A DNA stretch of 64,000 bases from a virus. The DNA lies in the IMG/VR virus record IMGVR_UViG_3300028888_000124, positions 2,407 to 66,406 of that record. The stretch is one strand, 5' to 3'. The notes under the pieces were generated by a model. It saw only the letters and a list, made by a program, of their open reading frames with translations, ran no database searches and was not told where the DNA came from. Numbering within the stretch: position 1 is the first letter of the stretch; each line of letters opens with the position of its first letter. This document shows, one piece after another, positions 57,818 to 64,000 of this stretch. The position numbers were made by a program, and so were the translations under genes.

Positions 57818-58936
57818 TCAAATGCAGAAGCCGAAGACCACGCCATACGTGCCGGTCGGACCGTAATTGCCGCTGCCGCCGCCGCCGTACACACTCACGA
57901 AGTACGAAGTCGAAAACGCAGAACGGGTCCACCAGGAGTTCGTAGAGCCGGTTGATGTAAACCTGACCCTGCTTGAGCTATCATCAAAAATGCCGGTATA
58001 CTGCACGCCGCTTGTTTCTTTCAAATAGTTGCCCGTAAAACATACTTCGCGGGATGACGGGATCCACAGCTTGTCGCTGCTTGTTTTCTATTCCCCAGCG
58101 TTGCTGTTGGCGGTTGCGTCCCAATAGGTTTTGTTGACCGCCTTGATAACGCCTTCCGCCTGCAGTTCGGAAGGAAGCTGACTGAACACTGTATCGTTCA
58201 GCCAATACCGCATAGTGTTGGTTCCGCTTGCGCCCCAGCCATCGGTCATGCTGCTTCCCATTGCGTGGGTGCCATATTGCTGGGCAAGGAGCCACGTCAT
58301 TTTTGCGTTTCCGCCGCTGGTCAGTTCGTCCGCGTTTTTGGCTGCCAGCGTAATAATATAATTCGTTCCATTCAGGTTGATGTACGCCGTGTCCCCCACG
58401 TTGTATTTGGAATCAAACGTCCCATCCTCTCCGGCGGCAATGATTTGTGCCCAGGTATCGGTAATTGTTACGAAGCTTGTTTTCGGATAGGAGCTGATGG
58501 GAAAAATCACATTGCGGTATGCTTTCCAGTTGCTGGCAGCTTTATAGGTATCGACAAGATTGTCGGTCACATAAATACCCGCCTGGCCTTTTGCAATAGG
58601 AGTGCTGGCAAATGCGTCATAATTGTTCAACGTGCAAGCTTGGGCATTTTCCAGAATCACGCCCTTTAAAGCGGAGCACCCTGAAAAGGCAGACTGGATT
58701 GCACACTTGCCGCCAATTCTTACCGTTTCCTATGCGGTGCAGTCACTAAAAGCAGAAGAACCCAAAGAGGTCAGAGTGGGAAAATTCACGTCCTTCTACG
58801 TGGTCTGCTTATACATTGCGTATTGACCGAGCGTAGATATGCCGTCGTCCACAAACTCTGTCAGCGTATGGGCGATCAAAGCATCCAATGTTCCTTGGTC
58901 TCCCAGCGTTGCTTTGGTGTTGGTATATGTTGCCAC
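57818..58936 (-). CDS. DGR target protein 1: LRR (BspA-type) plus a C-terminal variable domain ending GVVFGFCI; 3 in-frame TAG codons (58796, 58730, 58088)
   Basis: Fuses track ORFs 57818..58024 and 58088..58660 and extends to the GTG at 58936. It is a paralogue of the C-terminus of the giant gene. VR1 lies at 57832..57952. Confidence 0.7.
57832..57952 (-). repeat. DGR variable repeat 1 (VR1)
   Basis: Matches TR except at TR adenine positions. Confidence 0.8.
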
Positions 58937-59003
58937 AAAAACACCTTCTTTCAAAGAGTGAGGGGCGGCAGGGACGCCGCCCCGATTTTAAGATTTCAGA
59001 TTA

Positions 59004-62000
59004 TCAAATGCAGAAGCCGAAGACCACGCCAAGCGTGCCGGTCGGACCGTTACTGCCGATGCTGCCGTAGTAGAGCACACTCACGAAGCCCGAAGTCGAA
59101 TACGCAGAACGGGTCCACCAGTTGCTCGTAGAGCCGGTAGTCAAATCGTATTTCTTCCTATTATTATTGCTTGTGAATTTGCTGGAATAAATAACGCCGC
59201 TCGTCTCCTGCGCGTATTGCCCAGTGAAGCCAACCTCCCGTCCAGATGCCAGCCAAACCTTCATTGCCGCAGTTTGAGTTGTGTTTGCTGAAGCGTCCCA
59301 GTATGTCTTATCAACAGACTTGATACCAGTTGACGCTTTCAACGCAGCGGGCAGACTGTTGTATACATCATTTTCCAGGTATGTGCACATTTCTGTCTGG
59401 ACATAAGGGACCATTGAACCGTGCATGCGTTTCGTTTCCGCAAAGTCCTTGACCATCCATGCAGTCTTCGCCGTTCCTTCTTCACCGATATTGACCAGCT
59501 CCATCATAACCAGCTTGCCGTCTCCGTAAGTAACGGACTTGGTTGCGCCCACCGTGTATGAGAATGTACCGGAGTTAATATTACTTACGATGGTAGCCCA
59601 GTCATCGGTAATAGAACCAAAGTCTGTTACAGGGTAATCTCCGATTGGATGGATTCTGCTGGCATATGCGCTCCAATTGGTTGCGGACTTGTACTGTGCC
59701 ACCAATGAGGCGGGCACATAAATTACTCCGAAACCGGAAGTGAACGGGTTAGAAGGCAAAGCGTTAGATGAAGCCAACGTAGCCACGCCAGATGTGGAAC
59801 GAATAAACAGAGCAGTCAGCGCATTACAGCTTGAGAATGCGTTTGCCGCAATACTCACTTGCCCGCTTGTCGCGGTCAAGTCAACGGTGTTCAGTTTGGA
59901 ACAGCCAGAGAAGGCATATTGCTCAATCGTGGTAGCGGATGTTGTTGCTGTTTCCAGCGTGCTCATATTATAGAACGCATATTGTCCAACCGTTGTAGCC
60001 GTGTCGCTCTCGTACTCCGTCATGGTTCTCGCCAGATACTTCACAATCGGAGAACTCATATCCCGGAACACAGCATAGCATGTGGTGTTGCCCTGAATAT
60101 TCGTAGGAGCAGGAGACCATCCGTCAAACACAAACGCGCTGCCGCGAGATGAGGTAGGCGTTGATCCGGTATAGCTTGCGCTTCCGCCATAAGGCACATT
60201 GTTCACTGTCTGCAATGTTCCGCCGCCGTCAGTAGAATTCTTGGCGAAAGTTACGGTGTAAACCTGTCCGGTCAGGCGGTAAGCCGCATAGACGTTTCTA
60301 TCCGCCGTCACGTTTTGCGTGGCCGTGCTGTCCACTGTGGTGGAATTTGTGTTCCTGCTCCATCCAATGAATGTAAAGGTATTCGCTGCCGTAGCCGCGT
60401 GTGTTGGTTGGCCGCTCCAAGTTCCATTACCACCGTCAACAATCGTATCGGTGTGGAGAAGCGTATCACCCTCGTAGTTATAGTAATGCAGATAACTGGT
60501 GATATGATCAAACAATACAGTAATATCGGGATATCGTTCCTGCAGGCTGGCCATTTGTGCGCCTGTCAAAGAAGGAATATGGATCACGCCGCGCACCTGC
60601 GCTCTGTCCACATTGCCGCCGTTTTCGTCCAGGCCCCGCATGGTATCCTACTTGTTATACAGCGCGTTTGCCGCCGCGTAGTCCACCATATTCCAGGTAA
60701 ATCCAATCAGCCGCAGACGGGAATTGGCCGCCAGGGAATTGACGATAGAAGCAGAATCAATTGTATTGCTCACGTTTTCCAGTCTCAAGGTGGTAATGTT
60801 CGCCCCAGAAGGAAGCGTGAATTCCGTAATGCCTGTCTGGTTCAGGATCGTCAGGTTGGTGATCGTAGAAGGAAGATGCAGTTTTTTCAGCACACCGCCG
60901 TTAGGCAGGGCCACGCCTGTAATCTGCGTTCCGTCAAAGTAGACTTCTTCAATGGCTATGCAGCCGGAAAGGTCAACCGATTTCTGGTCGCCCGTTCCAA
61001 GCGCTGTGCAGTTCCGAGCGTCCAATGTCTTGAGCAGCTTGTTGCTTCCCAGCGTCAGGTTGTTCAGGTTGGGGTTTTCATAGTTTGCGTCCGAATCGCC
61101 CACCTTGATGTGCTGCAGGTTGACGCCCATGGAGAAGTCGGCAAAGCCCACCTTCAACCCGGACAAGTCGCCGCAGGATGCAATCTGGGGCGCGGAATAG
61201 ATATAGATTTCTGTATCGTTCACGTTGTCCAGCGGGCAGGCCAGGGTTGTCGCCTGTCCATGCGTGCCGCGCTGCTGCACCAGGTAAGAGGCGTATTTCA
61301 CGGTTGGGTAAATGTCAGTGTAAGGAGTAAGGGTGATGTCCGCTTTTGCGTAACCGCGCAGCTGGATCACCTGGCTCAATGCCTCACCCGCATTCCATTT
61401 GGAATCCAGATACTTGAAGCGGTTATACAGCCACCATTTTCTTTGTTCCGTCTTTGATCCCTGCAGCATTGGCAGATATACGGCTGTTGGCTGCTTGCCG
61501 GGGTCGGGAGAAATCAGCGGCATAATGTATTTGAACCATGCGTCTTCGTTCCACACGGCTTCCGGCCATTTCTCCTGGTGCGTTTCAAAGCGCCGCTCCA
61601 CTTCCGCGTAAGACAGCGTTCCGTTTGAGCGCAGGGTTTGGTACATTTGCCGGATCTCGTTGGAGAATGCGTCGCGCACATTGCACCACAGCACGGAATC
61701 CTGTCCGTTGAACACGTTCGCGCCTCCGGCAAGATGGTCGGTGTCTTCCAAAGAATATCCAAACACCAGCGAGCCTTCGTTGTTCGTGCCAAGGCCGGTA
61801 TCCATGTCGTAAGGTTCCGCCACCGCTTTACGGTCAATATGCTGAATCTTTGTGGGGTCGGTGTCTGAGCCGGAGAAACCAATAAACAGGTTCTTGGCTC
61901 GGCTGTCCACCATCAGGAAGAATTCCGTAAAGATATAATAGAAGATAAAGGACTGCACTTCGGCGTAATTGCCAAACTCCGCCTTGAACTTCGCCAATCT

Positions 62001-64000
62001 GTAATTTGCGGAGTCGGTCGTATAGGTCACGCCGTCATAGGTCACGGAATCCGCCTAAGCGTCGCCCGTTGCCTCTGTTCTGTCGGTAGACACAATGAAG
62101 GATTGCAGTTCCTGAAGCTTCGTGTAATCCACCCATTCGTCAGATGGGAAGCGGGCTTCAAAGTCATAGCGCCACAGTTCTTTTGTTTCGCCGGTGTCAG
62201 GGTCGGTATACATGGTTTCGTCGAAATAGTCAGATTTGTAAACCATCAGGTCAGAAGTGTTGTTCTGGAATTCCCAGCTTTCCATGTTACCCGAATAGCC
62301 ATAAGGTTCCGGTGCTCTCTTGGGCAGGTTGAAGTTATATTTTCCAAGGAAAGAAGTGGTTCCGCTGTCCGTATTGTTCCAGAACACCACCATCGGGAAT
62401 CCGAAAATACCCTGGCGCACTTTGGGGTTGGCGATCATTTCCCGCGTCTTGAAAGGAGAAATGTCACAGTACAGCTTCACCAACTCCACGTTGTTCGCGC
62501 CTTCGCTGGAAGCCACGTCCGCCTTATACACAAAACGGTTGAAAGGAATAACGGAAGAATCCAGAGCATAATTGTCAATGTGTCCATAATTGGTTTCAAA
62601 TCCGCTCTTGTATTGCGTGTCGTAGTTTTTCCGGGCATAAGGAGCAGATGAAGTACCCTGCACGTTGATTTGCACGCCGGTCGCCACAAAGCTCTTTTCC
62701 GCATGAACAGGGTCAATGTAGCGGATAGTACATGTTTTTTTATCCCCTTTGTACTGGGGCAGCTCAGGCACCTCAATGATGACGTATGGCAGGTCGCCCG
62801 GCAAGCTGGAAATCACGATGTTTCCATACTCGTCATACACCTTGTTGCGGTTATACCGCGCCACCATATCTTCGATCACCTGGGTATCCGCAATCCAGTT
62901 GTCCAGAATCTGATTTCTGTTCAGGTCGTTGTCATACACGCGGATGCAATAGATGTCCACCGCGCAATCGTTTGAGCCGATGGAAATGTTCGCGGGTGTC
63001 GCTTGCGCAAAGTCGTCGTCGCTCGGATATTGCACCACGCCGCTCATGATGCCGTTCACGTAGCAGAAAACCAGCCGGTTTTCCGATCTCTTTTCCACCA
63101 CGAATGACAGCCGCACATGCTCGTTTTCTTTGTACTGCATGGAGATTTCGCTCTGCTCGGATTTCAGCGTCGCTTTCTGGGATGTCATCGAAAATCCCCG
63201 TCCGCCGTTCATGCTGGAAATAATTGTCGCGTCGTAGTCCAGCACGGAACGGGTGGCAAACTCAACCTCAATCGTCTTGCCTGTGCCGCGGAAGTCCGTC
63301 TCAAAAATCTTGTAAGGAATGGTCACTCTCGCGTCGCCAGCCACGCGCAGAACGGGCGTACCCTCCTCGTCGTGCTGCCATCCGTCAGAGGTCCAGTTAA
63401 AGTCGCTCATGGTCGCGGAGATATTGCCGGAAGTCCATGTCGCCCTTGCCACGGCGGATTCGTCGTTGCTTCGTCCGGCGCTGGTCAGGTACAGCGCAAG
63501 GTCTTCCGTTTCGGCAGCCACGTCGATCTCGCTTTCAGTCACGGTGATCGTGAACGCACGCACCTCTTCCCCGCTTGCAATGGTGACGGTCATCGTTCCG
63601 GTATTCACAGGCCGATAGTCAAACACATGGCTTGTGCGGTCCACGTTGGTCAGCGTGGAGACCACTTCATTGTTGATCGCAATGGTCACGTCGGACACCA
63701 TGCTCAAAGGATTATAAACAGTGTAATCAATATGAATAGGCGTATACTGCGTAACAGATGTTGTGGTGAAGTTTGATGTGATAATTGGTTCTGAGCTCAG
63801 AGGATCAATGCAGATGATTTCGTAATACAGCTCGTTGCTGCGAACGGTTTGGCCGTTGATCTCTGCTTCAAAATAACACCGCAGCGTATGCGCCCCGTGA
63901 GATTGCTGCAAAATTGTGTAAGATTGCTGGCGGTTGGAAACGGATGTAGTCGCTGTTCCAATAAATTCATTGGCGGTTCCTTCGTCCAGAATAAAATAAA
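59004..64000 (-). CDS. giant DGR target protein 2 (over 1650 aa, N-terminus beyond the window): lectin-like domain, LRR arrays and a C-terminal variable domain; at least 2 in-frame TAG codons (62055, 60648)
   Basis: Track ORFs 62055..63911, 60648..62045 and 59004..60641 share one frame and are separated only by TAG. The frame stays open upstream to the window end. VR2 lies at 59018..59138. Confidence 0.7.
59018..59138 (-). repeat. DGR variable repeat 2 (VR2)
   Basis: Matches TR except at TR adenine positions. Confidence 0.8.

Noticed and set aside
57770-58990. GC-rich hairpins after each variable repeat called as Rho-independent terminators
   Set aside because: They lack a U-tract on the coding strand and sit exactly 3-prime of VR1 and VR2. 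They match the DGR homing-associated stem-loops instead.
7835-64000. TAG recoded to Gln, the most commonly reported phage amber recoding
   Set aside because: The eleven TAG columns I could align to family motifs all fall on conserved Leu or hydrophobic positions (listed in the first finding). Gln would be anomalous at all of them. This is kept as a formal alternative until a suppressor tRNA is found.
1-64000. CRISPR arrays, rRNA genes, and IS or transposase elements
   Set aside because: No regularly spaced direct repeats, no rRNA-like conserved segments and no transposase-like ORFs were seen.

Overview
This window looks like a large section of a tailed-phage genome, free or integrated, from a Firmicutes-like host. 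It has a dense, mostly rightward early and replication region, a nucleotide-metabolism island, a leftward lysis cassette next to an integrase and an attP-like tRNA 3-prime fragment, and a leftward diversity-generating retroelement (DGR) feeding two leucine-rich-repeat tail-fibre-like genes.

The most striking observation is that TAG is used as a sense codon. At least 20 clearly homologous genes read through one to five in-frame TAG codons, and every unambiguous stop is TAA or TGA. I checked eleven TAG positions against conserved motifs of known families, and in every one TAG sits where the family has a conserved Leu or other hydrophobic residue. TAG to Leu is therefore the best-supported reading. 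It cannot be proven without the suppressor tRNA, which I did not find in the window.

Other notable content:
- a complete four-gene Preiss-Handler NAD+ salvage operon (pncA, nadE, nadD, pncB);
- a macrodomain protein next to a WGR-PARP protein;
- an RNA-repair toolkit: two RNA ligases, a Thg1-like protein, a nucleotidyltransferase and two metallophosphoesterases;
- a textbook DGR with Avd, template repeat, an SQ-type reverse transcriptase and two variable repeats mutated only at template adenines;
- an orphan HicA toxin;
- a set of small hydrophobic peptide genes, each with a near-consensus sigma70 promoter;
- a recurring intergenic motif TTTGTTTCCATTAT followed by a hairpin, together with a phage sigma factor;
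- a probable non-canonical ATC start for the DnaE polymerase.

Coordinates of elements not anchored to the ORF track may be off by one or two bases.
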